A program made the position numbers and the translations under genes. A stretch of DNA of 64,000 nt from Candidatus Nomurabacteria bacterium RIFCSPHIGHO2_01_FULL_37_25 (GTDB taxonomy: Bacteria > Patescibacteriota > Minisyncoccia > Phycocordibacterales > UBA9973), in assembly GCA_001786765.1 (NCBI GenBank), contig MFTH01000008.1, forward strand, positions 2,939 to 66,938, in the 5' to 3' direction. Positions 39,105-49,251 of this stretch are shown here, one piece after another; within the stretch, counting starts at the first letter, position 1; every line of letters begins with the position of its first letter. The notes beneath the pieces are model-generated. The model saw nothing but the letters and a program-made list of their open reading frames with translations. It was not told the DNA's origin and made no database searches.

Positions 39105-39695
39105 ATGGAAAAAGTAGAAAAAAAGAAGAATAGTAATCGCAGAGGGTCTTTTTTTGGGAGACCAAAACCAGAATTTGATCAAAAGATTTTAAATATTCGT
39201 CGTGTGACTAGAGTTGTCGCTGGGGGACGCAGGTTTTCTTTTAGTATAGCATTAGTAGTTGGAGACAAAAAAGGCTCTGTTGGTTTTGGTTTAGGAAAAG
39301 CTGGAGATACAGCGCTGGCAATTAATAAAGCTGTAAGAAATGCCAAAAAAAATATGGTTAAACTCAATTTGACGAAAACTATGTCTATCCCTCATGAACT
39401 TTCTGCCAAGTTTTCCAGCTCAAAAATTATACTTATGCCCAACAAGGGTCGTGGACTTGTCGCGGGTTCGGTTATTCGTGATGTAATAAAATTATCTGGC
39501 ATGAAAGATGTTACGGGAAAGATTTTATCTAATAGTAAAAATAAATTAAACAATGCCAAAGCAGTTATGAAAGCGCTTTCAGTTATTTCTTCAAAATATG
39601 CAAAAACTATACCAGAGAATTCTTTAATGGTTGCTGAAAAAGACATCGTTTTGCCTTTATCTATAAAAGAAGATGAAAAAAAAATTCAAAAATAA
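39105..39695 (+). CDS. rpsE: 30S ribosomal protein S5
   Basis: S5 dsRBD plus C-domain. Confidence 0.9.
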   Translation: MEKVEKKKNSNRRGSFFGRPKPEFDQKILNIRRVTRVVAGGRRFSFSIALVVGDKKGSVGFGLGKAGDTALAINKAVRNAKKNMVKLNLTKTMSIPHELSAKFSSSKIILMPNKGRGLVAGSVIRDVIKLSGMKDVTGKILSNSKNKLNNAKAVMKALSVISSKYAKTIPENSLMVAEKDIVLPLSIKEDEKKIQK

Positions 39696-39718
39696 TATAA
39701 CTCTAAAAAATTAAACAA

Positions 39719-40021
39719 ATGCAGATACATAACTTAAAAAGAACTCATAAAAACAAAAAGGACAGATTAGTGGGGCGTGGTGGCAAACATGCTAAAACGT
39801 CTGGTCGTGGAGGCAAGGGGCAAACGGCTCGCGCCGGCAATAAGCGTCGTCCAGAACTTCGTGACATCATTAAAAAATTGCCTAAGAATCGTGGATATCA
39901 ATTCAAGTCTATCCAGAAGATTTTTTTGCTAGGCAAGAATAAGATGATTTCTAAAGAAGAAAAACTTTCAGAGATCCGCAAGCGTCTTATGATAAAAGGT
40001 AAAAAGATAAAACTCAGATAG
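39719..40021 (+). CDS. rplO: 50S ribosomal protein L15 (short)
   Basis: GRGGKHAKTSGRGGKGQ motif; no rpmD between rpsE and rplO. Confidence 0.75.
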   Translation: MQIHNLKRTHKNKKDRLVGRGGKHAKTSGRGGKGQTARAGNKRRPELRDIIKKLPKNRGYQFKSIQKIFLLGKNKMISKEEKLSEIRKRLMIKGKKIKLR

Positions 40022-40031
40022 TCATAGTAAT

Positions 40032-41303
40032 ATGCAAAATTTTTTAAATAAAATGAAATTGGTTTGGACAGATACTACGCTACGAAAACGTGTTTTATTT
40101 GTATTTTTTGCGTTAATAGTATTTAGATTATTTTCTGCTATACCTATTCCAGGAATTGACACAATTCAACTCAATCGTTTTCTTTCCAATAATCAATTTT
40201 TTGGTATCTTAAATATATTTTCTGGAGGCGGATTGACAAATCTTTCAATAATAATGCTTGGAGTTGGTCCATACATCACTAGTTCAATTATTATGCAACT
40301 TCTCACTATCATGGTGCCTGCCTTAAAGAAGATTTACCACGAAGAGGGTGAAGCTGGTAGGAAAAAGTTTAGTCAGTATTCTAGATTGCTTACTGTTCCA
40401 CTCGCTGCCATCCAAGGTTTTGCTCTTTTAGCTATTCTTGAAAGTCAAAATATTTTAGTGAACTTAACAGTTTTTGATAGAGTCACAAATTTAATCATTG
40501 TTATTGCCGGGTCGATGTTATTAATGTGGATTGGGGAACTTGTGTCTGAATTTGGTATTGGCAATGGAGTATCACTTATAATTTTTGCGGGTATTGTGGC
40601 TCAACTTCCATCCACAATTAGCCAGTTTCTTTTTACTTTTGATGTTTCTCAGATTCCACTTTATCTTGTATTTGCCGTGGTTGGGTTGCTTGTTATTGCG
40701 GGCATTGTTCTTGTTACCGAGGCTGAACGTCCGATTCCGGTTACTTATGCCAAGCGTGTTCGTGGCATGAAGATGTATGGCGGAGGCTCAACTTATTTGC
40801 CTCTTCGCGTCAATCAAGCTGGAGTCATTCCTATAATTTTTGCTCTTTCAATTCTTCTTTTCCCTCAAATGATTGGTACTTTTTTATCCCGTTTTGATAA
40901 TGCAATTATTGCAAAAATTTCTAGTGTGCTTATTTCCTTTACACAGACTTCTATACTTTACGCAGTATTGTATTTTATTTTAGTGTTTCTTTTTACTTAT
41001 TTTTACACAGCAGTCACTTTTGACCCTGAAGCGCTTTCTACTAATTTACAAAAAAATGGCGCATTCATTCCGGGTATTCGTCCGGGCGCATCAACATCTG
41101 AATATATTTCAAAAGTTTTAACTCGTATTACTTTACTTGGCGCAGTCTTTTTAGGATTTGTTGCAGTTCTGCCTCTTATTATGCAATATCTAACAGGCAT
41201 TACCACCCTTGCCCTAGGTGGCACATCAATACTTATCGTTGTTTCTGTTGTCCTTGATCTAATAAAAAAAATAAACGCGCAGATCTCTATGCGAGAGTAT
41301 TAG
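40032..41303 (+). CDS. secY: preprotein translocase SecY
   Basis: 10-TM SecY signature. Confidence 0.9.
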   Translation: MQNFLNKMKLVWTDTTLRKRVLFVFFALIVFRLFSAIPIPGIDTIQLNRFLSNNQFFGILNIFSGGGLTNLSIIMLGVGPYITSSIIMQLLTIMVPALKKIYHEEGEAGRKKFSQYSRLLTVPLAAIQGFALLAILESQNILVNLTVFDRVTNLIIVIAGSMLLMWIGELVSEFGIGNGVSLIIFAGIVAQLPSTISQFLFTFDVSQIPLYLVFAVVGLLVIAGIVLVTEAERPIPVTYAKRVRGMKMYGGGSTYLPLRVNQAGVIPIIFALSILLFPQMIGTFLSRFDNAIIAKISSVLISFTQTSILYAVLYFILVFLFTYFYTAVTFDPEALSTNLQKNGAFIPGIRPGASTSEYISKVLTRITLLGAVFLGFVAVLPLIMQYLTGITTLALGGTSILIVVSVVLDLIKKINAQISMREY

Positions 41304-41874
41304 ATTTCTCTATCCATTTTTTATATTCTGTTAAAATGATTTTAACAACTTGCTTGAGGTTGTTTTTATTTGTATCTATGACCAGGTCAAAGTTTTTATG
41401 GTCGGCATGATTTTCTATTCCATATAATTCTTTATACCTATTTTTTTCACTTTCCCGACGCGAGATTATTTTCTCATAAATTTCTTCTAGATTTTTTACC
41501 CCTTCACTTTTTCTGCGTAAATCATTCTCTTTTAAATTATTAAAGATTCTTTCTTTTGCAATTTCTGGTTTGAGATCCAGGTAAACTTTAAATGACTCTG
41601 GAATCCAATGAAAAGCTAGGCGAGAATCAATTATAATTTTTTCCATTTTTCCGGCTTTACGAACTTCATTATCTATTTTTTTATCTACGCTTGAATCTTT
41701 TTCTGCCACAATACTAAGCTCGTTTAGAGAAACGCCAAGTAGAGTAGCTATTTTTCGCATAAAATCTCCAGAAGAAAATCTTTTCCACCCAAGTTCTTCT
41801 GCTATAGCGTCTGCCGTGCTGGATTTTCCACTTCCAAGCGTCCCCGTGATTGTTATAATTTCTTTTTTCTTCAT
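41287..41874 (-). CDS. cmk: cytidylate kinase, archaeal-type (COG1102-like)
   Basis: ITITGTLGSGKSS P-loop; about 190 aa; FSSGDFMRKIA NMP-binding region. Confidence 0.5.
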   Translation of the reverse strand: MKKKEIITITGTLGSGKSSTADAIAEELGWKRFSSGDFMRKIATLLGVSLNELSIVAEKDSSVDKKIDNEVRKAGKMEKIIIDSRLAFHWIPESFKVYLDLKPEIAKERIFNNLKENDLRRKSEGVKNLEEIYEKIISRRESEKNRYKELYGIENHADHKNFDLVIDTNKNNLKQVVKIILTEYKKWIEKSNTLA

Positions 41875-41964
41875 ATTACTTGTTGGTTACTTTGTAATTA
41901 AAACATATTTTTAGGCAAAAAGATAACATTGATTTTTAAGGCTAAATTTTGTATTGTTAACTAT

Positions 41965-42558
41965 ATGCAACCACAGACTTTTGTATTTTATGGAATAGTT
42001 GGCTCGGGCAAGGGAACACAGGTCAAGTTATTGACAGATTATATAAAAAATAAATACGGGAAGGATTGTGTTTATATTGGCACGGGGGAAATTTTTAGAA
42101 AAATCATTGAATCTAGAGATAATAATTTCGATACAAACACTGTAAAAGAGTTCCTAAATTCTGGAAGACTGGTCCCGGACGAAATGACAAACAAGTTTGT
42201 GGCTGAAGCTGTCAGATTAAATTCATCTAGAGAAGAGCATCTGATTTTTGATGGATATCCGAGAACTGTAAATCAATCAGAAAAATTTATGGACTTGCTG
42301 AAATCAGTCAAAAGATATAATGTGAAAATTATTTATATTGAAGTTGGTAAAGAGGAGGCTATGAAAAGGAATCTTTTGCGGGGTAGGCATGATGACACAA
42401 GAGAGGGGTTAGCAAAAAGATTTGATGAATATGTGAACAATGTGATTCCATCAATGAATTATTTTAAGGATAAAGAGGATTATATGATTTATAAAATAAA
42501 TGGAGAACAAATAGTCGAAAATGTGCACAAAGATATTATCAAATCATTGGGGATTTAG
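41965..42558 (+). CDS. adk: adenylate kinase
   Basis: GIVGSGKGTQ P-loop, NMP-bind and LID regions; start at MQPQTF. Confidence 0.8.
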   Translation: MQPQTFVFYGIVGSGKGTQVKLLTDYIKNKYGKDCVYIGTGEIFRKIIESRDNNFDTNTVKEFLNSGRLVPDEMTNKFVAEAVRLNSSREEHLIFDGYPRTVNQSEKFMDLLKSVKRYNVKIIYIEVGKEEAMKRNLLRGRHDDTREGLAKRFDEYVNNVIPSMNYFKDKEDYMIYKINGEQIVENVHKDIIKSLGI

Positions 42559-42559
42559 T

Positions 42560-43240
42560 ATGCAAGAAACAATAATAATTTCACTTGGCGGGTCATTAAT
42601 TGTGCCGGATAGTATAGATATTGATTTTCTTAAATCTTTCAAGGATTTAATTCTCTCGCATGTTTCTAAGGGGAAAAAATTTGTAATTATTACCGGTGGA
42701 GGGAAAGTTTGTCGAAGATATCAAGAAGCAGCCAAAGAACTTGCTAGCCCTTCTGATGAAGATTTAGATTGGATAGGTATTGCATCCTTGAAAGTAAACG
42801 CCGAATTAATGCGAATTATTTTTGGTGAATATGCTCAAAATGAAGTAATTTCTAACCTTTCAGTTCCTTTTTCTTTTGAAAAACCAATAATTATTGGATC
42901 AGCTTATGCTCCTAAGCGGAGCACAGACTATGATGCGGTTTTGGCTTCCAAATCAATTAATGCAAAAAAAATTATTAATCTCTCAAATATTGATTATGTC
43001 TATGATTCTGACCCAAAAGTTAACCTAAATGCCAAGAAAATTGAAAAGATATCTTGGGCAGACTACCGAGCCATTATTCCCAAAAAATGGACTTCTGGAC
43101 TTAATTCTCCCTTTGATCCTGTAGCTTCTGAAATGGCTCAAAAAGAAGGTATGCAGGTGATAATTATGAACGGCAAGCCAATTGATAACTTGTCAAAGTG
43201 TTTGAGTGGAGATAAGTTTTTAGGGACAATAATTTCTTAA
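42560..43240 (+). CDS. pyrH: UMP kinase, archaeal-type (amino acid kinase family)
   Basis: ISLGGSLI...IITGGGKVCRRY...YVYDSDP motifs. Confidence 0.55.
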   Translation: MQETIIISLGGSLIVPDSIDIDFLKSFKDLILSHVSKGKKFVIITGGGKVCRRYQEAAKELASPSDEDLDWIGIASLKVNAELMRIIFGEYAQNEVISNLSVPFSFEKPIIIGSAYAPKRSTDYDAVLASKSINAKKIINLSNIDYVYDSDPKVNLNAKKIEKISWADYRAIIPKKWTSGLNSPFDPVASEMAQKEGMQVIIMNGKPIDNLSKCLSGDKFLGTIIS

Positions 43241-43242
43241 TT

Positions 43243-44028
43243 ATGATAATTATCAAAACATCAGAGGAAATAAAAATACTGCGAGAGGGCGGCAAACGTT
43301 TAGCGACTGTTCTTTATAAAGTGAAAGACATGGTCAAGCCCGGTGTTTCTACAAAAGATTTAGATATATATGCGGAGGACTTAATCAGAAATATGGGTGA
43401 CGAGCCAGCTTTTTTAAATTATCGTCCAGAGGGAGCAGAGTATCCTTTTCCCGCATCTTTGTGTGTATCGGTCAATGACGAGGTTGTGCACGGGATTCCA
43501 AACAAGAAAAGAATATTAAAAGAAGGCGACATTGTTTCGCTTGATCTAGGTGTTAAACACAAGGGTCTTTTTACAGATATGGCGATTACCATACCTGTCG
43601 GCGCTGTCAGTTCTATTAATCAAAAACTTATGGATACAACCGAGCAAGCTCTAAAGGCGGGTGTTGACGCGGCGCGCTCTGGAGGCACTGTAGGAGATAT
43701 TGGTTTTGCTGTGGAAAGTTTTATACGTTCAAAAGACAAGAAAAACAATATGCAATATGGCATTGTGGAAGTTCTCTCGGGACATGGAGTGGGTCGCGCG
43801 ATTCACGAAGATCCGTATATTCCAAATTTTGGAAAGAAAGGTAAAGGAGCAAAGCTGATTCCCGGTATGGTTATAGCCATAGAGCCAATGATTAATTTAG
43901 GCGCTAAGAATGTAACACTAGAAACTGATGGCTATACTTTTCGTACAGCTGACAGAAAAAACAGCGCTCATTTTGAGAATACGATTTTAATCACTGACGG
44001 TGAACCTGAGATTTTAACTAAGATTTAG
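43243..44028 (+). CDS. map: methionine aminopeptidase type I
   Basis: pita-bread metal ligands; usual position after adk. Confidence 0.85.
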   Translation: MIIIKTSEEIKILREGGKRLATVLYKVKDMVKPGVSTKDLDIYAEDLIRNMGDEPAFLNYRPEGAEYPFPASLCVSVNDEVVHGIPNKKRILKEGDIVSLDLGVKHKGLFTDMAITIPVGAVSSINQKLMDTTEQALKAGVDAARSGGTVGDIGFAVESFIRSKDKKNNMQYGIVEVLSGHGVGRAIHEDPYIPNFGKKGKGAKLIPGMVIAIEPMINLGAKNVTLETDGYTFRTADRKNSAHFENTILITDGEPEILTKI

Positions 44029-44046
44029 TTTTTTTGATATAATAAA

Positions 44047-46818
44047 TTGATGGACTCATCATTTTTTCAGGAAATGCCAAAGTTTAAGAATCCCGAAGAG
44101 GAGCTTGAATATTTGCGCGCTCATGTTGCCAAACGCGAAGAGGAACTTGTAAAAACAGGACACTTTGAAAATGCGAAAGAAAATGCCGCGCGCGAAGTTG
44201 TGGGAGCCTATAAAGAGCTTCCAGCAAAACAAGTAGTGCATAGCAGTCATATTATAAGTGAAAAAGAAGCGCAAGGCATAGTTTTAGCTCTTCGGCCTGA
44301 ATCGCATGATAATGTGATGGAGGAACTTTTAGGTATTGTCATTACAAAAGGAATCCGTAATGCTCTCTCGGTAGTGGAAGCAATGGGCAATCCTCACGTT
44401 GACGATGATTTTCACAGATTGCTGGTTCAATATTTAAAAACTGGACAAATAATCCCAGATATTAAAGAAGGCACGCCTTTGCATAAGTCTCTCAATATGA
44501 CGCTTTTTGAAATCACCCTTCCGCCTCCTGCGGAGGAAGCTGACAAGTCAAAAAACTTCAAAGAGTTCATCGGTGCGATGGAGCAATTTTATGCAGGCAT
44601 GCAGTCTATTTCGGTAGATAAAAAAAATGAAAAGGAAATTTATTTTACACTTGAAGTGGCGCTTAGCAATCAAAATGACGAAGTAATCATTTATGCGGGC
44701 ATTCCAAACAAGCATCTCTCGCTTTTTGAAAAACAGATTTTGGCGTTTTATCATAATGCAAAAATTCACGAAATCGCGGATGATTATAATATTTTTAATG
44801 CTTCTGGCGGTTCAGTCGGAGCTTATGCGAGTTTTTCTGAACGAGGGGTGATGCCTATTAAAACTTATGACAATATAGAACATGATCCGATGAATATGAT
44901 ATTGAATGTTTTTTCTAAGTTAAAGACGGAAGGCGAAGGCGCGGCGATTCAGCTCGTGGTCGCTCCTGCTGGTGATAAATTTATAAATGAATTTCATATG
45001 ATTTTAGATGATGTGAAAGATGGCATGTCTGTAAAAAACGCGGCAGATGATTTATATAAGTTCAATCGGGCTTTGATTAAGGTGGGTAAAGAACTTTTTT
45101 TTGGACATAAAGAAAAACAACCAGAGGGAAAAAACCAAGATAAATATATGAAAGGCAGACGCGCAGTAGATGAGGGAGCTGTCGAGAAGATAGGCAATAA
45201 GATAAAAAGTACCATTATGAAAGCTAACATTCGTATTATCGCCTCTGCAGAAAATAAAGAGAGAGCAGAAGCCATACTGCAAGAAATAAAGTCTTCCTTT
45301 AATCAATTTTCTGAAGCGGCTAGCAATTCATTTATTTTTGAAGAAGCTCACGGCAGTGATTTGAAAAAACTTTTTCATGATTTCTCATATCGTTCTTTTT
45401 CTTCAGATAAAATTCTTCCGCTTAATTTGAAAGAGCTTGCTTCGGTGTTTCATTTTCCAGTTGGTAGTAGCCAGCCACAACTGAAAGAAGCTAAGGCAGG
45501 CATCGCGCCTGCGCCACTTGAGTTAAAAAACGAGGGAATAATTTTAGGAGTAAATAGTTATAGAGGAAAAGAGACTGAAGTTCATTTGGCTCGCGAAGAC
45601 CGAATGAGGCATTTTTATGTGATTGGTCAGACCGGAACAGGTAAAACTAACATAATGCTTAATATGATAACTCAAGACATCAGAAATGGCGATGGATGCT
45701 GTTATATTGACCCGCATGGCACGGACATTCAGACTATTTTGTCGCGTATTCCAAAAGAACGCATTGATGATGTTATTTATTTTGATCCGGCTTACACTCC
45801 TCGTCCAATGGGATTAAATATGCTTGAATACGATACTAAATATCCGGAGCAGAAGACTTTCGTAGTGAACGAACTGATGGGGATTTTTAATAAACTTTTT
45901 GATATGAAAGTGGGGGGTGGAGCGATGTTTGAGCAATATTTTAGAAATAGCGCGTTTCTTGTGATGGAAGATCCAGAATCTGGTTCAACACTTCTTGAAA
46001 TCACTCGTGTTCTTGCTGACAAAGAATTCAGAGATATGAAACTAGAAAGATGTAAAAATCCTATCATTAAACAATTTTGGATTTCCGCTGAGCAGACAAC
46101 CGGGGACCAATCTTTAGCAAACTTTGTGCCGTACATTTCTTCAAAATTTGATAACTTTATCAGCAATGACATAATGCGTCCTGTCGTGCTTCAACAAAAT
46201 TCAGTTTTCAATTTCCGCAAAATTATGGACGAGAAAAAGATTCTTTTAGTGAATCTCTCTAAAGGTAGGTTGGGAGATATAAATGCGAATTTGATAGGTT
46301 TAGTGCTCGTGGGGAAAATTCAAATGGCTGCGTTGTCGCGGGTGGATATGTTTGGCAAACCAATGAATGATTTTTATCTTTATATTGATGAATTTCAAAA
46401 TGTGACGACTGACTCTATCGCGTCCATTTTGTCCGAAGCTCGTAAGTATAGACTTTCACTCAATATCGCGCATCAATATATTACGCAACTTGAAGAGAAT
46501 ATTAAAAATGCGGTTTTTGGCAATGTCGGAGGAATGGCAGTTTTTCGTGTTGGCACCGAAGATGCCACCTTTCTGGAATCAAAATTTAAACCTCAATTTA
46601 CAGCTCAAGATATCACCAAACTCGATAATTACAATGCCTATATCAGCATGTTGGTAAATGGTCAACCGGTAAAACCTTTCAACTTGAGAACCCTAGCGCC
46701 AGAGAAAGGCAATCCTGATATTGTGGATAGTCTGAAAGAACTCTCTTATGTAAAATACGGCAGAGACAGAGAAGAAGTGGAAAACGAAATTATGGGGAGA
46801 TATAAATCAATGGAATAA
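44047..46818 (+). CDS. large P-loop NTPase, TraD/VirD4/HerA-FtsK-like C-terminal ATPase with unknown ~480-aa N-domain
   Basis: 923 aa; Walker A GQTGTGKT, Walker B LYIDEFQNV, C-terminal EARKYRLSL...HQY like T4SS coupling proteins; no TM anchor. Confidence 0.5.
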   Translation: MMDSSFFQEMPKFKNPEEELEYLRAHVAKREEELVKTGHFENAKENAAREVVGAYKELPAKQVVHSSHIISEKEAQGIVLALRPESHDNVMEELLGIVITKGIRNALSVVEAMGNPHVDDDFHRLLVQYLKTGQIIPDIKEGTPLHKSLNMTLFEITLPPPAEEADKSKNFKEFIGAMEQFYAGMQSISVDKKNEKEIYFTLEVALSNQNDEVIIYAGIPNKHLSLFEKQILAFYHNAKIHEIADDYNIFNASGGSVGAYASFSERGVMPIKTYDNIEHDPMNMILNVFSKLKTEGEGAAIQLVVAPAGDKFINEFHMILDDVKDGMSVKNAADDLYKFNRALIKVGKELFFGHKEKQPEGKNQDKYMKGRRAVDEGAVEKIGNKIKSTIMKANIRIIASAENKERAEAILQEIKSSFNQFSEAASNSFIFEEAHGSDLKKLFHDFSYRSFSSDKILPLNLKELASVFHFPVGSSQPQLKEAKAGIAPAPLELKNEGIILGVNSYRGKETEVHLAREDRMRHFYVIGQTGTGKTNIMLNMITQDIRNGDGCCYIDPHGTDIQTILSRIPKERIDDVIYFDPAYTPRPMGLNMLEYDTKYPEQKTFVVNELMGIFNKLFDMKVGGGAMFEQYFRNSAFLVMEDPESGSTLLEITRVLADKEFRDMKLERCKNPIIKQFWISAEQTTGDQSLANFVPYISSKFDNFISNDIMRPVVLQQNSVFNFRKIMDEKKILLVNLSKGRLGDINANLIGLVLVGKIQMAALSRVDMFGKPMNDFYLYIDEFQNVTTDSIASILSEARKYRLSLNIAHQYITQLEENIKNAVFGNVGGMAVFRVGTEDATFLESKFKPQFTAQDITKLDNYNAYISMLVNGQPVKPFNLRTLAPEKGNPDIVDSLKELSYVKYGRDREEVENEIMGRYKSME

Positions 46819-46819
46819 A

Positions 46820-47401
46820 ATGGATATGGAAGAGTTTGAAATAAAATTCTTAGAAGTTGATGTGCCGGAATTAGAGAAGAAACTCTTGTCTATTGGCGCA
46901 AAGAAAGTGGGGGAGTATGATTATAGTCGGACTATTTTTTATTCTGCTGATACGAATATGGAAAAGAAAAAAGGCTGGATTAGAGTGCGAACTGATGGCA
47001 GAGAAACGACGTTGGCTTACAAAGAAAATATTAAAGAAAAACAAGAAGATGGAAGTATGAAAAATGTTGGGATGAAAGAGATAGAAGTAATGGTAGATGA
47101 TTATGAAAAAACTTGCCAGCTTGTTAAGGCAACAGGGTTTTTAGAAAATCAAAAAGAAAAAAACAGAAGAATACGTTATGTAAAAGGGGAAGTAGTTTTC
47201 GATATTGATTTTTGGCCACAAATTCCTACATATTTAGAAATTGAATCAAGTTCCTTCGAGAAAGCTAAAAATGCCGCGCGAGAACTTGGTTTTGATCCAG
47301 AAATTGGTATTATAGGTACAGCTGGGACTGTTTATAAAAAATACGGCTATAATATAAACGATTATTCTTCCATAACTTTTGAAGGAATGATTAAAAAATA
47401 A
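46820..47401 (+). CDS. CYTH-domain protein (triphosphate tunnel metalloenzyme)
   Basis: N-terminal EFEIKFLEVD EXEXK motif; starts 2 nt after the ATPase stop. Confidence 0.6.
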   Translation: MDMEEFEIKFLEVDVPELEKKLLSIGAKKVGEYDYSRTIFYSADTNMEKKKGWIRVRTDGRETTLAYKENIKEKQEDGSMKNVGMKEIEVMVDDYEKTCQLVKATGFLENQKEKNRRIRYVKGEVVFDIDFWPQIPTYLEIESSSFEKAKNAARELGFDPEIGIIGTAGTVYKKYGYNINDYSSITFEGMIKK

Positions 47402-47438
47402 TTTTGCAAAATTATTTTTTTCTGCTAGAATAGATTTT

Positions 47439-48023
47439 ATGAAACATCCAAAAGAAGAGAGGACATATGTGATGCTAAAGCCTGATGGAGTACGAAAGGG
47501 CTTAACGGGGGAGATTATTCGTCGCTTTGAACAACGCGATCTAAAGATCATAGCGCTGGAAATGTTCCAGCCTTCGCATGACCAAATAGATAATCATTAT
47601 CCAAAGAACGAAGAATGGATTACTCGACTTGGGCATAAAACTCTCACGACTTATGAGAAATATGGTTACGACGCTATGCTTGATTTTGGAACTCTAGAAC
47701 CTGAAAAAATTGGTCCGGAAATTCGCAAATGGTTGATTGATTACATGAAATCAGCGCCATTGGTAAAAATGGTTGTGCAAGGGGTGCATGCAGTTGATGT
47801 TGTTCGTAAAATAGCTGGCGATACGATGCCATACAAAGCAGATATGGGCACAATTCGGGGAGATTTTTCTATAGATAGTCCGGCATTGGCTAATAAAGAA
47901 AAACGCGCAGTGATGAATATTATTCATTGCTCCGAAACTCCAGAAGAAGCGGAGCACGAAATAAAACACTGGTTCGGCGAAGGAAAAACCTACGACTATA
48001 AACGTTTTGGTGTGGATGAATAA
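47439..48023 (+). CDS. ndk: nucleoside diphosphate kinase (long form)
   Basis: RTYVMLKPDGV, active-site His region. Confidence 0.7.
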   Translation: MKHPKEERTYVMLKPDGVRKGLTGEIIRRFEQRDLKIIALEMFQPSHDQIDNHYPKNEEWITRLGHKTLTTYEKYGYDAMLDFGTLEPEKIGPEIRKWLIDYMKSAPLVKMVVQGVHAVDVVRKIAGDTMPYKADMGTIRGDFSIDSPALANKEKRAVMNIIHCSETPEEAEHEIKHWFGEGKTYDYKRFGVDE

Positions 48024-48028
48024 AAAAA

Positions 48029-48052
48029 ACGGAAGCCTTGCTTCCGTTTTTT
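48029..48052. terminator. bidirectional rho-independent terminator
   Basis: AAAAAAAACGGAAGCCTTGCTTCCGTTTTTT. Confidence 0.65.
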
Positions 48053-48062
48053 ACATTAATTT

Positions 48063-48530
48063 ATGTATAATCACGAACCAGAAAATTATATTTGTCCTTT
48101 GTGCCAAATTTCACAAGGAGAAGTTACAGAGAAAGGTGATCAAGAAGGATCGATAATCTTTAGAGATACATTTATCACTGTTTTCATTGCTGGTAAATGG
48201 TGGAAATCAAATTTAGGACATGTAATAATTATTCCTAACGAACACATAGAAAATATCTATGATATGTCGGAAGAAATAGGTCATAAAATTTTTGATTTTT
48301 CTAAGAAAATAGCTGTGGCCTTAAAAGAAGCTTATAAATGTGATGGTATTTCCACAAGGCAACACAATGAGCCTGATGGTAATCAAGATGTTTATCATTA
48401 TCATCTACATATTTTTCCTCGATATAAAGGAGATAATTTATATTTAAACCATGAAGATACTTACTGGCCAACTCAAGAAGAAAAACAACCGTATGTTGAT
48501 AAGCTAAAAGCTTTTTTATCTAAAAGTTAA
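48063..48530 (+). CDS. HIT family hydrolase
   Basis: YHYHLHIFPR histidine triad. Confidence 0.75.
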   Translation: MYNHEPENYICPLCQISQGEVTEKGDQEGSIIFRDTFITVFIAGKWWKSNLGHVIIIPNEHIENIYDMSEEIGHKIFDFSKKIAVALKEAYKCDGISTRQHNEPDGNQDVYHYHLHIFPRYKGDNLYLNHEDTYWPTQEEKQPYVDKLKAFLSKS

Positions 48531-48559
48531 TTCAGAAACAAAAAATTGTCTTTGTCTAG

Positions 48560-48790
48560 TTGCTTATATTAATGACCTTGCTATAATTTCAGTAGGGTTA
48601 TTTCCGATCATTACCTAGAACACTAAATTATGGGAGTTTCGATCGAGTGTAACTTTGGTTGCGCGCGTCTAACACCCACGTAGCTATAAGCTATGGTAAT
48701 ACATCAGAAATAGTCCTAAGAAGAACTCCGCTACCGATTATTTTGGGCGGATTTTTTCTTGTAAAATAGGTATATGGATTACCATATAGC
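48560..48790 (+). ncRNA. candidate small RNA or leader (promoter TTGCTT-N16-TATAAT followed by ~200 nt non-coding)
   Basis: no ORF; promoter-like hexamers at about 48572-48600; ends in weak hairpin plus T-tract (gggcggatttttt). Confidence 0.15.
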
Positions 48791-48819
48791 AATGGCGTTC
48801 GGACATTAAACAAATAAAT

Positions 48820-49251
48820 TTGTTTCTGCTTCTCTCTTATTGCTATAATACTGGAATGGACAGAAGAAAGCTCATAAAAACTTTAATATACCTTATTTTT
48901 TTAATTTTTTTAGTAAATTTTTTCGCAAATAAATTCTACTGGTATTCTTCTATTTGGTATTTTGATATGATTATGCATTTTTTGGGCGGATTTTGGGTTG
49001 GGCTTGCCTATTTCTATATTTTTCTACTCCAAAATATGTCTAGTAGATTAATTTTCAAAATATTATTTTCAGTATTAATTATTGGTGTCGGCTGGGAAGT
49101 ATATGAAATCTTAGTGAACGATATTCTTGCGCAAAATCCTTTTAATTATATAGACACTGTGTCTGATTTATTTTTTGACTTATTCGGCGGTTTATGTGCT
49201 ATTCTTTATTTATGGATCCCGTTAGAGATTAAAAAGTTTAATATAAAATAA
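48820..49251 (+). CDS. hypothetical membrane protein
   Basis: 143 aa, 4 TM; its last codons overlap the 5' arm of element E8. Confidence 0.3.
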   Translation: MFLLLSYCYNTGMDRRKLIKTLIYLIFLIFLVNFFANKFYWYSSIWYFDMIMHFLGGFWVGLAYFYIFLLQNMSSRLIFKILFSVLIIGVGWEVYEILVNDILAQNPFNYIDTVSDLFFDLFGGLCAILYLWIPLEIKKFNIK

